NCBI GenBank assembly: GCA_965113315.1
Contig: OZ220379.1
Direction: 5' to 3' (one strand)
Length of the DNA: 64,000 nt
Source: Podarcis vaucheri
Taxonomy: Eukaryota
Within the stretch, counting starts at the first letter, position 1; the number at the start of each line of letters is the position of its first letter. Both the position numbers and the translations under genes were made by a program. This document shows, piece by piece, positions 22,301 through 32,740 of the stretch. The notes under the pieces are model-generated. The model was given only the letters and a program-made list of their open reading frames with translations. It did not search any database and had not been told where the DNA came from.

Positions 22301-25300
22301 CTACTTCATCTGGAAGAGTGAGGAGAAGCAGAGTGTTGCTAGGGCCTTAGATATTTATACAAGTTGATCATACCTGGTTTGACACTGTTTTTACAAAGGT
22401 AATTCTTTGCTATCTCATTAGGACTAGTGGGATACTTTTCCTTGACATCTCATGCTGCAAACATGCTACTTGCTAGAATTGCTTGGTATTCAAATTTTTT
22501 TAAGTTTGTTTGTAAACCATTGACCTCTGCTCTGCTCCTATAAAAACAAATGAATCTGATCTGCAGAGTAGATCCCCAATACTTGAGTTAGAGACAGAGC
22601 CCCAATTTTCTGGAAGTGCTTCCTCAGTTGGAATTAGGGGTGCAGGGAATACAGCCTGACAAGAGTTATCTGTGTCCTGCCTTTCTTTGCACTTAACTCT
22701 CTCCTGCTTTTAAGCTGGGCAGTCTGTGCTGGAGGGGAAGAGTTTAGAAAGTGCTAACTTCTGGTGGCTTCCTTCTCTCTGCTCAGAGTACTGGGAATGA
22801 TACCACCATGGAGGAGGACCTTGGCTTGGTTGGGGCTTCTGCTGACGACACAGAAGCAGAGCTCATCCGCACCATTACTGAAGCAGAGCTGCTGGATGGT
22901 GAGTGTTGCTGTTTGAGTAGGAATGCAGGCTGTAGGCTACTTTGCTGAGTTTGTGAGACACCGTTGCACAAATGAAGCCCAGTTGTAGGCTTCTAATTTG
23001 GACTGATCTGCTGCAACCTCTCTACCGCCTCTTTCTGTATAGGAAAACAGCTGCTTTCAACCTTTATTCCCCTGGTACTCAAGATTTGCAACAACCCAGG
23101 ACTCTACAGTGATCCAGCACTCTCAGCCGCTGCCACATTGGCCCTTGGGAAATTTTGCATGGTCAGGTATTTATCTTTTTGTGTTCCTCCCCTTCCTGCT
23201 CCTCTGGAACCCCTCTTGCGTGGTTCTGTATTCCATTCCAAATTCAACAAATTGTAGCCACCACTCTGACATACTTGGCACTGATTCCCTTTCCGTTCGC
23301 ATTCAGTTCAGAGTTTTGTGACTCTCAGTTGCGGCTCTTCTTCACCATGATGGAAAAATCCGCCCTCCCCAGCGTGCGCGCCAACCTCATGATTGCAGCC
23401 GGTGACCTGGCCATTCGCTTCCCCAACTTGGTGGAGCCTTGGACACCCCACCTCTATGCTAGGTAAATCTTTGGTAAGGAAGATTGGGAGGGGTGTAGGG
23501 CTTGAATCTGGGCGATGGAGGGCTGTAATAGCATGCAACAGTGCTTGGAGCAGGAGCAGGACTTCTCCAGACGGGGGAAGCCTGCAGGAGTCCAATGGAA
23601 GCATCAGGTTATAATGGCCTGGCTGCTTACTGCTGTTGTTTGGGGGGGGCATGCTTTGCTCCTCAGGCTGCGGGACCCTTGTCGGAGCGTGAGGCAGACA
23701 GCTGCTTTGGTTATGACTCACCTGATCCTCAAGGACATGGTGAAAGTGAAGGGGCAGGTGAGCGAAATGGCAGCTCTTCTGATCGACCCAGAGGAGGACA
23801 TAGTGGGACTCGCTCGGAACTTCTTCACAGAACTCTCTGGCAAGGTGAGGCGAAAGGGCATGGTGCAAAACTTCTGGAGTGCAAAGCATTAATCTTGCTC
23901 ACTTTACTATGCTTTTAAAATGTTATATGAAGCAGGTCAGCAAAGTATAGTTGCCATATAAAAGCTTCAGTCCCTTTTTTAAAAAAAGCAGCACAGGACA
24001 ATTCAAAACGGAAATGGGCTTAAGCACTTTGGTTTGGGATGTGCCTGTTCAGGACAGGGGAAGATGCAAACTGGATTTCACCTCAAAGTTAACCTGTAAA
24101 TCTGAAACTCCCCTTTATGTTGAAACTTCCTAGGGATTTGTGATGGTGACACTCTCATTCACTGTTGGCCAATGCCTATATTTCCCAAGGTTTCACTTCC
24201 TCCACTAGGACTTACATAAGCTTGAGGTTCAATTCCTATTTCATCACAGGAATGCAAAATAACGAGGACAGCAGCACACCCGGCAGAGGAAGCAGGAAGG
24301 ACAGTGCAGATGTGTCAAAATCAAGCTGTGATGCTGTTCTTTGTTGGTAGGCGCTAGACAGTCTGGCAGCACCATTCTGTAACCAGTTGAAGTCTCCAAA
24401 TATTTTATGTGTGCATCCTATATAGAGAGCAGTTTACAGTAGTCAAGTCTAGAGCTTCCTAAGGCTTGAATGTCCATCGCCAAGTCTGACTTCTTTGGAA
24501 CAGACACAGTTGATATATTAGCCAGAGCTAGTGGAAAGCACTTGGTTCGAATCCACATGATGGAGTGAGCTCCCGTTGCTCTGTCCCAGCTCCTGCCAAT
24601 CTAGCAGCTCAAAAGCACGCCAGTGCAAGTAGATAAATGGATATTGCTGCGACAGAAAGGTAAACGGCGTTTCTGTGCACTCTAGCTTCCGTCACGGTGT
24701 CCCGTTGTGCCAGAAGCAGTTTAGTCATGCTGGCCTCATGACCCAGAAAGCTGTCTGTAGATAAACGCCGGTTCCCTTGGCCTGAAAGCAAGATGAGCGC
24801 CGCAACCCCATAGTCGCCTTTGACTGGACTTAACCGTCTAGGGGTCCTTTACCTTTACTCCTAGTGATCTCTCGTGTCTGACAAAGGAGCACACCCCCAA
24901 GCTGCACAACTAATTTTTTTCAGGGGGGATGCAACCCCAGCCAAAGCAGGGCTGTACACCTAATCATCAGTCAGGCAACACCACCCAACAATATCCCAGT
25001 CTCAAATGGATTGAGTTTCAAACAGTTCTCGGATTCTACTGCCTTCCTCAGATCCGTTGAGAGTGAGAGAGAGAGCTGGGTGTTGCCCAAATCTCTGGAC
25101 AACTGTAGCTTCATATAGATGTTGAAAAGCGTGAGTGATCAGATGGTACCTCACCTGGTCAGAAAGTAAAGCATTAATCCCTCAAAACCTTCTCAGACCT
25201 GGAGCACATCTTTGACCACAGTGCTTTCCCAAACTATCTGAAAGCCAACCCAGACGGATAGCATGGTTGATTACAGAGAAGCCCCAGCGAATGAAGCATA

Positions 25301-28300
25301 ATAACATATCCCTGTCCCTCTCCTGCCACAACTCATCCACTAGCAAAGGGATGCAGAACCCTTTCAGCCAGGGGGCGCATTCCCTGGGTTACGTGTCAGC
25401 GGTAGGCAGGGCAGAGGCAAACATGGATGAGCAGCAAATGTAAACATTACCTTTGTGCCGAAGACAAGTGTCTGCACACACTTACGCACTCTTCTGTCCT
25501 CCATCCAGACACACGAGGCATTATCAAGAGTTCAAGGACACATTCCAGCCAGGCAAAGACACTCCGCGAGGGTGTGAAACAGGGCCACTTAGAGCGGCCT
25601 GGGGGGCCGCAAATGGCCCTTGGGCCTGAGCTTCCCCACCCCTGCATTAGGACAGCCAATGCAGTTTCAGTCGCAAAACCCAATCAAAAGGCCAGTTGGG
25701 AGGAATCCAGGCAACCAAGGTCAGCCAAACTTTGTGAATCCCTGTTCAGTGGTCACCAGAACTAAATGTTCTTAATCGTGAACTGTTAGAACATTTTCCG
25801 GTGTGTTGCTTTGATTGTATATTTAAATGTTCCAAAACAGATCAAATTGCTGCTTTCTCCACCAAGAAGACAAAACAAAACTATTTTGCTTGATATTCTG
25901 ATGTTAGGCAGTATCCTCCTCCTTTTCTCCCATTCCCTGAAAGTATCCTTCTGTACTTCATGCTAAAAGTGGCACCTGCTTATCCCAAGGAGAGAAAGAG
26001 TCCTTATGCTCTTTCTAGGCTTGTTTGCAGGTGGCTGTGCTTGCACTCGGTCAAAAGTGCTTCTCTCTGTATCCCTAGCTAAAAAACAAAAAGGCAGTCT
26101 CTGGGTCAGACTCCTGTCTTGGTTTTAGTGTGTATCTTAACCAAGAATCCCCCAAAATCCAGGGGCCCATCTTCAGGGCACAAATAATGGACTGGGGCAA
26201 CGGTTCAACAACTTCTGCTCCTTTCCATGCAGGATAACGCTGTGTACAACTTGCTCCCGGACATCATCAGTCGTCTCTCAGATCCAGACTCCGGCATAGA
26301 GGAGCAGCCTTTCCGCATCGTTATGAGGTAGCCTTGTTTTGTGTTTCCCTCCCACCCCACCTTTGAGGCACAGAACTTCCTATGTGCCCAGACTGACAGA
26401 AGGGTGCAGCTGTGGTACCAGGCCAAATTTGCAAATGGCTGTCCTGAAACGCTTGCTAAATATAAAACGGAAAACAGAACAGTGTGTCAGGTTGGGGAGG
26501 GACTGGGTAAATTGAATCTCCTGGTTCAGAGACGCCAGTTTCTGGGAGGCAAATCGGTGAAGGCATGTTGCTTCCTTCCTTGCTTGTGGGTTTCCCAGAG
26601 ATATTTGGCTGGCCACTGTTTGGATCCTTGGTCTTATCCAGGTAAGCTGTATTAAGGGGTCACAATGGGAGCCAAACTTTCCCTAAAGGCCTGTCCTGTT
26701 TTAAGGCTCCTGCAGGCTGCAGCAGCCTTTTGGGATCCCAAGTCTATTCAAGTTTGCAGAGAGGGCTTGGTGAGACTCTTACACCTTTGTTTAGAGGAGG
26801 CCTGAATCTCTTCTCATCATACGGGTCCCTGTGAGGCTCGGTGATACACTTTTAATTTCAATATTATATGTTAACATTCCTGATTCCCTCCACTGCTAAA
26901 GACTGTTTTCAGAGAGGGAAGCTGCCATTCTTGGTAACAATGCTCTTGTATAGTCAACTAGCATTGTAAATTCCGGCGTCGGATGTTTGGATAGTCTTCT
27001 CTCCTTTTGGTTCCTTCCGACTGTAGCTCCTGCTGCAATAGGAGAGTCTGTGTGAAACTATGGAGCCCTGGGGGCCAGCAACAACTGCCTCCTTCATTCC
27101 TCTTTTTACTCTCCTCTACAGGCAGCTCTTCTCTTATATCACAAAGGAGAAGCAGACAGAGAGCTTGGTGGAAAAGCTTTGTCAGCGGTTCCGGACTTCT
27201 CGGTGAGTGAGGAATTGCTAGGGAAATGTGCTATCTGGGAACAACCTATCTCAGTCTGCTAGATCCTGAAATTAGAGGCCGTAGGCTCTGGAATGAGGAA
27301 CTTGGTGGGTGAGAATTGGATGGAAAGGGTGTGCTTGCTTCACTGAAGTATGGTAACGAGTCATGGAGAGCAAAAGCTCACTGTTACTACTGTCTTACGA
27401 AGTTACAAATGGATGATGAAGAGCACTTGGCTTGCCTGTGAGACAGTTCAGTGGGCAAGACTGTCTGGGCTCATCTGTTGACCAGTGGACCAATAGCTAT
27501 AGAAGCCTGTAGTGCTTCTGGGTGTGGAGGGATTGATCCTGCCAGACTGTATTCTCTCCCTGGCAGGGAGAAAGTCCGTCAGAACTGCACCCTGTCTCTC
27601 TGAAGTCACTGCATAGTGTCCTTGCAGGAATTATTAAGGGCAGGCAAAAAAAAAACACAGAACTAGTCGTCATTTCCTTATTTGCCATACTTGCAAGGTT
27701 GCTAGGGTGGAGTATATATATATTTTGTTTTGAAGCTAGTGAAGGCACAGTTTCCTGAGGGTTTTTCCCCTGAAATTAAAAAGGGTGTTTTCCTAGTTTT
27801 AAGTGGAGAGGCAATGACTAGGGCATAGAAATCCTTTACAGTGCTATAAAAGAGGTGTGCCTAAATGGCAGTGTCTGCAGCCTTTTTTTTTCTCTAGGTT
27901 GTGTGCTGATTATTTAGAAAGAAGCTCTTTGTCCAGTTTGAATACTTGCCAGAAACTGAGGCGGCAGCTACAGCCAGCCAAGATTTTCTGCAGTGCTTCA
28001 ACAAAGCGAATTAGCAACCCAAGCATAGCTTTAGTAAAATCTTGTGTTCAGTGTGCTTTGCTGCGCTACTGGATAATGTTTCCTTTAGTTGTTTCTGTGT
28101 TTAAAATCTCTCATTCCGCCTTCCATGAATGGCCCCAAATCCTTGTACTACCAATTTCCAACTACTCTTGCACAGGCTGTTATGGAAAATAGTATGAAAT
28201 GCTCGTGCAAGTCTGTACTTTGGCCCGTGTGTCTGATTGTCTCTCCGCTTCCTGATCTCTGCATACAACAGGCAGGCCTAGTTCTGGGTGAAGTGGTAAA

Positions 28301-31300
28301 CCTTTGTCTGGGCTGGGCTGCAGGGGCTTACAGGATGTCAAGCACTCCTCAGGACATTCCACAGCAAAGTCGTTTTTCTGGAGCTCCTTCTTTGTTCACT
28401 GTCACTTGAAAGCTTATCTGCCAAAGCAGCCCTAGTTACAGGTAAAGAAGCAATGTCAGTAGTGATGGTGCTTGCAATCAGAAAAGGTCCAGCCCGGGCA
28501 CAAATTTCTCAGCTCTTATCAGAGCTAGGCATTAGTATCTCCTTAGTGTTGTAAACCTTGAACCAGGGTTTGATAGCGTTCCTCACCATGGCAAGGGAAA
28601 GGCAAGGCTCAGGGGAGCGAGATGAGCTTTGGCGCTACAAAGGAGAATGGATGAAACCCAACCCTCATTTTCAGTCTGGGATCTGTTTGGGCTCTGTGCT
28701 TTGCAGGCTCCTAGCCCAGGGCAAACCAGGGCACTTCCACCTAGAGCAGAATCCCCTGGCCACTGTGGCAAAGACAAGACACCCTCCCTTGTTTCAACTG
28801 GTTTGCAATCCCTGAAGCTGAAGGCAGGTTGCTTTTTTGCCTCTCTCCTGCAGAATGGAGCGTCAGCACCATGATCTGGCATACTGCCTCACCTTGCTTC
28901 CTCTCACAGAACGAGGTCTTCGCAAGATGCAAGACAACTTTGATTGCTTTGCTGACAAGCTTCAGGATGCAGCTGTCTACAACTGCTTCCTGACTGTGTT
29001 GGGCCGGCTTCGCAGGATGTCCACGAAGCCTGAGATGAAGGTGAGGGCCATTGTTGTGTTTTGTGTGTCCCCCCCCCCCCCCCGGTAGGGCAGGGAAGAG
29101 GTTGCCATTTTTCTCCCGAAACAAAGAAAAGTGAAAGCTTCTTCAACTGCTGGCATCCGGACATGCAATATTTTCCTTGCTTTGTGATATGTGTTGATTT
29201 CTGCTTTTGCATGGGGTGTCATTTATCAGGCTCTTGCTGAAGAATTCGAGCAGAAGCTCCGCACGTGCCACAACAGGGGCCTGGACTCTCTCGCTGAAGA
29301 TCCTCCTGGGGAGTCAGTAGACCCCAAAGTCAGAAATACTCCTGCGCCCCGGACGACAAAGAAAGCAGCAGCAAGTATGTCCACAGTTTAAGAGTTTGCA
29401 CTAAAACCTTTCAGCAGCATGAACGCTCAGGGTTGCCTACTAAAGCGAAGTGCCAAATCTTCATCAGCTTGATGTTTTTTTTAAAACTCCTTGAATATTT
29501 TCTAAACTCTTGAGGGGTTAGGAGGAATTGAACTAAAGGCCACTATGGTGCAACAGGTGCAAAGAGGGTACAGCAAGAGACACTGGGAATTATACACAAT
29601 GAATAGGACTTCCATCCGTCACCCATTGTATTATTTGTCTTTTCCACAGAAAAATCATGCTCAAAGCGGCTTACAGCAAAGAGAAATGCATTTCAAAATC
29701 AAATACTGCCAAACAGTTTAATAATAACGTAATAAAATAGCAATAGCAAATTTAACAATATGAAACAACAATTCAAATCTAACAAAATTACATTAGGTAA
29801 AGGGACCCCTGACCATTAGGTCGAGTCGTGGCAGACTCTGAGGTTGCGGCGCTCATCTCGCTTTACTGGCTGAGGGAGCCGGCGTACAGCTTCCGGGTCA
29901 TGTGGGCAGCAGGACTAAGCCGCTTCTGGCGAACCAGAGCAGCGTACGGAAACGCCGTTTACCTTCCCACCGGAGCGGTCCCTATTTATCTACTTGCACT
30001 TTGAGGTGCTTTCGAGCTGCTAGGTTGGCAGGAGCAGGGACCGAGCAACGGGAGCTCACCCCGTCGTGGGGATTTGAACCGCCGACCTTCTGATTAGCAA
30101 GTCCTAGGCTCTGTGGTTTAACCCACAGCGCCACCCGCATCCCTTAAAATTACATTAACAGCATCCAAAAGCAAAAATAGCAAGGAAGCTTGACAGTTTC
30201 ACCTCAGTTGTAGACACACCTCTGCCATGATGTTCACAGTCTCTCTCTTGTAGCAGCAGCTTATAAGGCTTGTAAAGGCAAGTCCTGGGGTAGCTTATCA
30301 CGGTTGATTAAAGAATGCCCGTCCTTATTCCATGATTTTTGTAGACCTGTTGTAGAAAAACATTCGTGTTTTCTTTGAAACGGGGAAAACTTGACCTGCA
30401 GCCTTTTTTTCTTTTAACAAAAGCACACAAAAAACTCAGGATACTGGGGGGAAAACTTTCAGCGATTTGGCAGTATAACTTAACTTGCAGATTTCTGTTA
30501 GCTTCCAGAGCTTGTAGCTTCCATCTCAGCTATGGGGCGGCACACTTGGAGATGGTATGTAAAGCACCTTGTGACCCGGAATTGTCCCTTGTAGAAGCAG
30601 GCTTAGGAAAACTTTAGGAATCAAAATTGTAAAAATGGGAGGGGACCCTGAGGGACATCTAGTCCAACCCCTGCAATGCAGGGATCTCGACTGAAACATC
30701 CATGACAGGCTAGGAAAAGGTATGTGAGGTTTTAGGTGTGGTTTTTTAACATTGCCCAATAATAGAACCTTTAAAAAGTGTCCCACTTTGGCTTTATGAA
30801 GAATGTAGTATCTACTTAATCCTTTGCACGTTCAGTCTGTGTTCTTGTAGCTTCTTCAAACTCCCCCTTCTTACGCAGGCTCCCGACGACGACCCTTGCG
30901 TGCAGCCAACAGAGAAGCAGACTCGTCCTTCACCACTCCAGAGCCCCGTGTTTCCAAACCCCGCAGAAAGACTTCAAGGCTCAAAATTTCTGTTGTCTTC
31001 TCTAGCGATGAGGAGAACGCCCCAGAGGAAGGTGAGGTTATGTTCTGTATGTGCCTGAACATTGAGATGGAGGGGGTCTCATTTTGGAATGGTCTTTCTC
31101 CCCCCCCCCCCCCCCCCGTGGAAACATGAACACATAAAGCCACCTCTTGGGTGTTTCCTTCATTTCCTGTTTGGTCCGATAGCCACCCTGGAAATGTTTT
31201 TATATTGAAAAGTGGGTTAGAATTTCATTAAACGGGAGATTGTTGCTTGAAGCTTGCTGCAGCTGTCACCCAGCGCACAGGCCATTTGCCTCCAAAGCCA

Positions 31301-31409
31301 GCTGTTGCTTTCTTCTGTTTCAGAACTCTCTGCCGAACTGACGGATGCGGAGACACCAAGCAAAACTACTCCCATTTTACGTGCTTCATCCCGCCGCGCT
31401 CGGCGATGA
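3245..31409 (+). CDS. NCAPD2: Condensin complex subunit 1 (CAP-D2), complete spliced CDS, 31 coding exons, 4221 nt / 1406 aa
   Basis: Exon translations match recalled vertebrate NCAPD2 throughout (e.g. [42 protein letters not shown]-terminal TTPILRAS); all introns GT-AG; phases sum to a continuous frame ending in TGA 31407-31409. Confidence 0.97.
3508..3536 (+). repeat. (TG)n microsatellite
   Basis: Direct reading; other TG/CA tracts at ~19272-19310, ~49559-49601 and ~57140-57185. Confidence 0.9.
3857..3894 (-). ncRNA. Second-family minimal hammerhead motif within a Penelope-like fragment (~3796-3925)
   Basis: Minus strand reads GC-CTGAAGA-T-GACGAG(TGAGAC)CTCGTC-GAAA-CG-TC-GC; palindromic ACGT helix III; helix I only 2 bp. 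Confidence 0.6.
4303..5710. mobile_element. 1.4-kb non-autonomous hAT (Charlie-like) transposon with CpG-rich interior
   Basis: Perfect 15-bp TIR CAGTGTTTCCCAACC / GGTTGGGAAACACTG; perfect 8-bp TSD TTGTAGAC; no transposase ORF. Confidence 0.9.
6798..6873 (+). CDS. NCAPD2: NCAPD2 coding exon 2
   Basis: [26 protein letters not shown]; AG/GT boundaries. Confidence 0.92.
7665..7723 (+). CDS. NCAPD2: NCAPD2 coding exon 3
   Basis: [19 protein letters not shown]. Confidence 0.92.
7771..8091 (+). ncRNA. SCARNA10: Small Cajal body RNA SCARNA10 (U85), composite C/D + H/ACA guide for U5 snRNA
   Basis: Terminal stem CAGCTT/AAGCTG; box C-like ATGATGC 7778-7784; box D CTGA 8082-8085 preceded by guide TCTTTGGTAA complementary to U5 loop 1 (UUACUAAAGA); H box ACAGGA 7902-7907; blocks GGTCTGTAATCTTGGTG and CTGTAAGGGCAGACC match recalled human U85; NCAPD2 is the known host gene. 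Confidence 0.92.
8167..8348 (+). CDS. NCAPD2: NCAPD2 coding exon 4
   Basis: VASHS...[18 protein letters not shown]...KKK. Confidence 0.92.
8394..8740 (+). mobile_element. L2/CR1-group LINE 3' fragment with (ATT)n tail
   Basis: [15 protein letters not shown]...[11 protein letters not shown]-terminal motif; reverse copy at ~32303-32484. Confidence 0.75.
9075..9208 (+). CDS. NCAPD2: NCAPD2 coding exon 5
   Basis: [16 protein letters not shown]...LLTQLLQLD...EEEFI. Confidence 0.92.
9490..9617 (+). CDS. NCAPD2: NCAPD2 coding exon 6
   Basis: [13 protein letters not shown]...YGHML. Confidence 0.92.
9772..9895 (+). CDS. NCAPD2: NCAPD2 coding exon 7
   Basis: [14 protein letters not shown]...[11 protein letters not shown]. 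Confidence 0.92.
9971..10118 (+). CDS. NCAPD2: NCAPD2 coding exon 8
   Basis: [13 protein letters not shown]...LLHHLDGE. Confidence 0.92.
11086..11283 (+). CDS. NCAPD2: NCAPD2 coding exon 9
   Basis: [14 protein letters not shown]...FTRIVQQK. Confidence 0.93.
11751..12746 (-). mobile_element. CR1 LINE, 5'-truncated (RT C-terminus and 3' UTR)
   Basis: [22 protein letters not shown] and [14 protein letters not shown]...[11 protein letters not shown]; frameshift near 12620; ATTCTATG-type 3' end. Confidence 0.93.
13338..13472 (+). CDS. NCAPD2: NCAPD2 coding exon 10
   Basis: ALPLTQFQ...GRLQDKS...NNPFSCK. Confidence 0.93.
13980..14064 (+). CDS. NCAPD2: NCAPD2 coding exon 11
   Basis: [21 protein letters not shown]. 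Confidence 0.88.
14733..14907 (+). CDS. NCAPD2: NCAPD2 coding exon 12
   Basis: [16 protein letters not shown]...LLRKSNY. Confidence 0.88.
15095..15219 (+). CDS. NCAPD2: NCAPD2 coding exon 13
   Basis: [20 protein letters not shown]...TLYI. Confidence 0.85.
15405..15524. mobile_element. Penelope-like short insertion with hammerhead motif on the minus strand (15464-15501)
   Basis: Perfect 15-bp TSD TAACCCAAACATCAT (15390-15404, 15525-15539); same family as the 2151 element. Confidence 0.8.
15595..15763. mobile_element. Tc1/pogo-type MITE, family B
   Basis: Imperfect TIR CCATATTTTTTGC / GCGAAAAATACGG, TA on both sides. Confidence 0.7.
16376..16573 (+). CDS. NCAPD2: NCAPD2 coding exon 14
   Basis: [19 protein letters not shown]. 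Confidence 0.9.
17650..17824 (+). CDS. NCAPD2: NCAPD2 coding exon 15
   Basis: QEAIEFFV...[15 protein letters not shown]. Confidence 0.93.
17928..18136. mobile_element. Tc1/pogo MITE family A
   Basis: TIR CAGTGGTACCTC / GAGGTACCACTG; TA TSD. Confidence 0.85.
18425..18509 (+). CDS. NCAPD2: NCAPD2 coding exon 16
   Basis: [28 protein letters not shown]. Confidence 0.9.
19524..19657 (+). CDS. NCAPD2: NCAPD2 coding exon 17
   Basis: [20 protein letters not shown]...MLLGMMA. Confidence 0.92.
20119..20251 (+). CDS. NCAPD2: NCAPD2 coding exon 18
   Basis: [11 protein letters not shown]...DYRLA. Confidence 0.92.
20620..20755. mobile_element. Palindromic hAT MITE (older relative at ~20904-21040)
   Basis: TIR CAGGCATCCCCAAACT / AGTTTGGGGATGCCTG; TSD TGCTA(G/T)TG. 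Confidence 0.8.
21324..21408 (+). CDS. NCAPD2: NCAPD2 coding exon 19
   Basis: [24 protein letters not shown]. Confidence 0.9.
21499..21657 (+). CDS. NCAPD2: NCAPD2 coding exon 20
   Basis: WIPFTE...[17 protein letters not shown]. Confidence 0.92.
21867..22087 (+). CDS. NCAPD2: NCAPD2 coding exon 21
   Basis: [15 protein letters not shown]...RRRVL. Confidence 0.9.
22787..22898 (+). CDS. NCAPD2: NCAPD2 coding exon 22
   Basis: [23 protein letters not shown]. Confidence 0.92.
23043..23166 (+). CDS. NCAPD2: NCAPD2 coding exon 23
   Basis: [12 protein letters not shown]...LALGKFCM. Confidence 0.92.
23307..23462 (+). CDS. NCAPD2: NCAPD2 coding exon 24
   Basis: FCDSQLRL...[20 protein letters not shown]. 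Confidence 0.94.
23667..23844 (+). CDS. NCAPD2: NCAPD2 coding exon 25
   Basis: LRDP...[20 protein letters not shown]. Confidence 0.94.
24544..24858 (+). mobile_element. Sauria SINE (5'-truncated)
   Basis: B-box-like GGTTCGAATCC, conserved body, ACCTTT tail. Confidence 0.8.
26233..26327 (+). CDS. NCAPD2: NCAPD2 coding exon 26
   Basis: [18 protein letters not shown]. Confidence 0.93.
27122..27202 (+). CDS. NCAPD2: NCAPD2 coding exon 27
   Basis: [26 protein letters not shown]. Confidence 0.93.
28854..29040 (+). CDS. NCAPD2: NCAPD2 coding exon 28
   Basis: DLAYC...[16 protein letters not shown]. Confidence 0.93.
29230..29374 (+). CDS. NCAPD2: NCAPD2 coding exon 29
   Basis: [15 protein letters not shown]; donor GTATGT. 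Confidence 0.88.
29796..30143 (-). mobile_element. Sauria SINE
   Basis: Full-length body; TSD AAAATTACATTA. Confidence 0.85.
30879..31031 (+). CDS. NCAPD2: NCAPD2 coding exon 30
   Basis: FTTPEPR...VVFSSDEE. Confidence 0.88.
31324..31409 (+). CDS. NCAPD2: NCAPD2 coding exon 31 (last, with stop)
   Basis: [27 protein letters not shown]. Confidence 0.92.
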
Positions 31410-31774
31410 AGACACCCTGCATAGACTCTCCTGGTTAATTTGGGAGTAAAGCTCTCTGGGTTTTGGAAGTATTGCTTCTCCAGGTTTTTGTATATGCTAA
31501 AGCAACGCAGAATGCAAGCTTGGACTTTGTGTTCTTGCATCACAACATGGAGATTGCGCAGCCTCTCTGCCCCATGGGCTTTCAAAGGAGGTGAAGGTGC
31601 CGGTACACACAGGCAAAAAAGATATTTAAAAAGGCAGCGTAGGCCTTGAGAAAATATGTGCCATTCGCTCGTAAGAACTATCCTTGCATTTTTAATGGGT
31701 CCCGGATTTTCAGAATTGGCCTTTGAAAAGCCACTCATGTGCATCACTTTTTAAAAGGTAAAAAATGTAATCAC

Positions 31775-31849
31775 AATAAATGCAATTAATACAAACATGC
31801 TCCTGTCCAAAGTTATGTGACCACAGTGCCTATTCCAGCATTGAATAAA
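31775..31849 (+). terminator. NCAPD2 polyadenylation signals
   Basis: AATAAA at 31775-31780 and 31844-31849, followed by GT-rich sequence. Confidence 0.6.
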
Positions 31850-31964
31850 GTGTGTTCACTTGTCAGCTGAACCATCCATTGCATACCCATTTGTGTGTGT
31901 GTTATATCAATCATCTCTGCCAAATTTAAACATTGAGTATCTTGGGGTCTCTACATTGTCTAGA

Positions 31965-32151
31965 CCGGGGTTTGTCAGCCTGGTCCTTACCGCCCACTAG
32001 TGGGTGTTTGAGGATTCTAGGTGGGCGGTAGGGGGTTCTATTTCACAAGCTGAATCCTCCTTCCATCCAGCACTGGTGGGCGGTAAGGAAATTTTACCAT
32101 CAAGAAAGATACATTAGTGGGCGGTAGGTATAAAAAGGTTGACTACCCTTG
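31965..32151. mobile_element. hAT MITE, degenerate
   Basis: Imperfect TIRs, internal TACCGCCCAC repeats, GTCTAGAC-type target site on the left. Confidence 0.55.
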
Positions 32152-32302
32152 GTCAACCATGCAATTAACAAATCTAGACCTACATGCATAACATTAAATA
32201 CAACTAACAAGGATCTAAAGCAAATATGGACCCTGTAAAAGTATTGCATGCAGATCATATGAGTTGACAGTTCCACCACATATAAAAAATACCTGTTTAT
32301 AG

Positions 32303-32484
32303 TAATAATAATAAATTATTATTTATACCCCGTCCATCTGGCTGGGTTTCCCCAGCCACTCTGGGCGGCTTCCAACAGAATATTAAAATACAATAGTCTG
32401 TTAAACATTAAAAGCTTCCCTAAACAAGGCTGCCTTCAGATGTCTTCTAAAAGTCTGGTAGTTGTTTTTCTCTTTGACATCTGG
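32303..32484 (-). mobile_element. L2/CR1-group LINE 3' fragment
   Basis: Reverse complement of the 8540-8720 sequence. Confidence 0.75.
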
Positions 32485-32721
32485 TATAGAGCCTTATCTC
32501 TCCAGTATTTGAAACCTGGTGACAAAACGCTTTATTAAATCAACCTTAGTGTTAAATACCGTTACAGCATCAATTCATACTGGCTCTTGCTTACAGGCAT
32601 AGAAAATTACTTAGCAGAGCAACCATGTATCTAAAGCGTATAACAAAATGGCTTAGAGAGGGGGAAACTTGCTAATTATAGGGGAGTTACAGAAAATATG
32701 TGAGATGGGGTTGCAAGCTAT

Positions 32722-32740
32722 TGCCAGCAGATGGCAGCAC
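32722..32740 (+). promoter_or_regulatory. Candidate CTCF site
   Basis: TGCCAGCAGATGGCAGCAC fits the CCASYAGRKGGCRS consensus. Confidence 0.5.
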
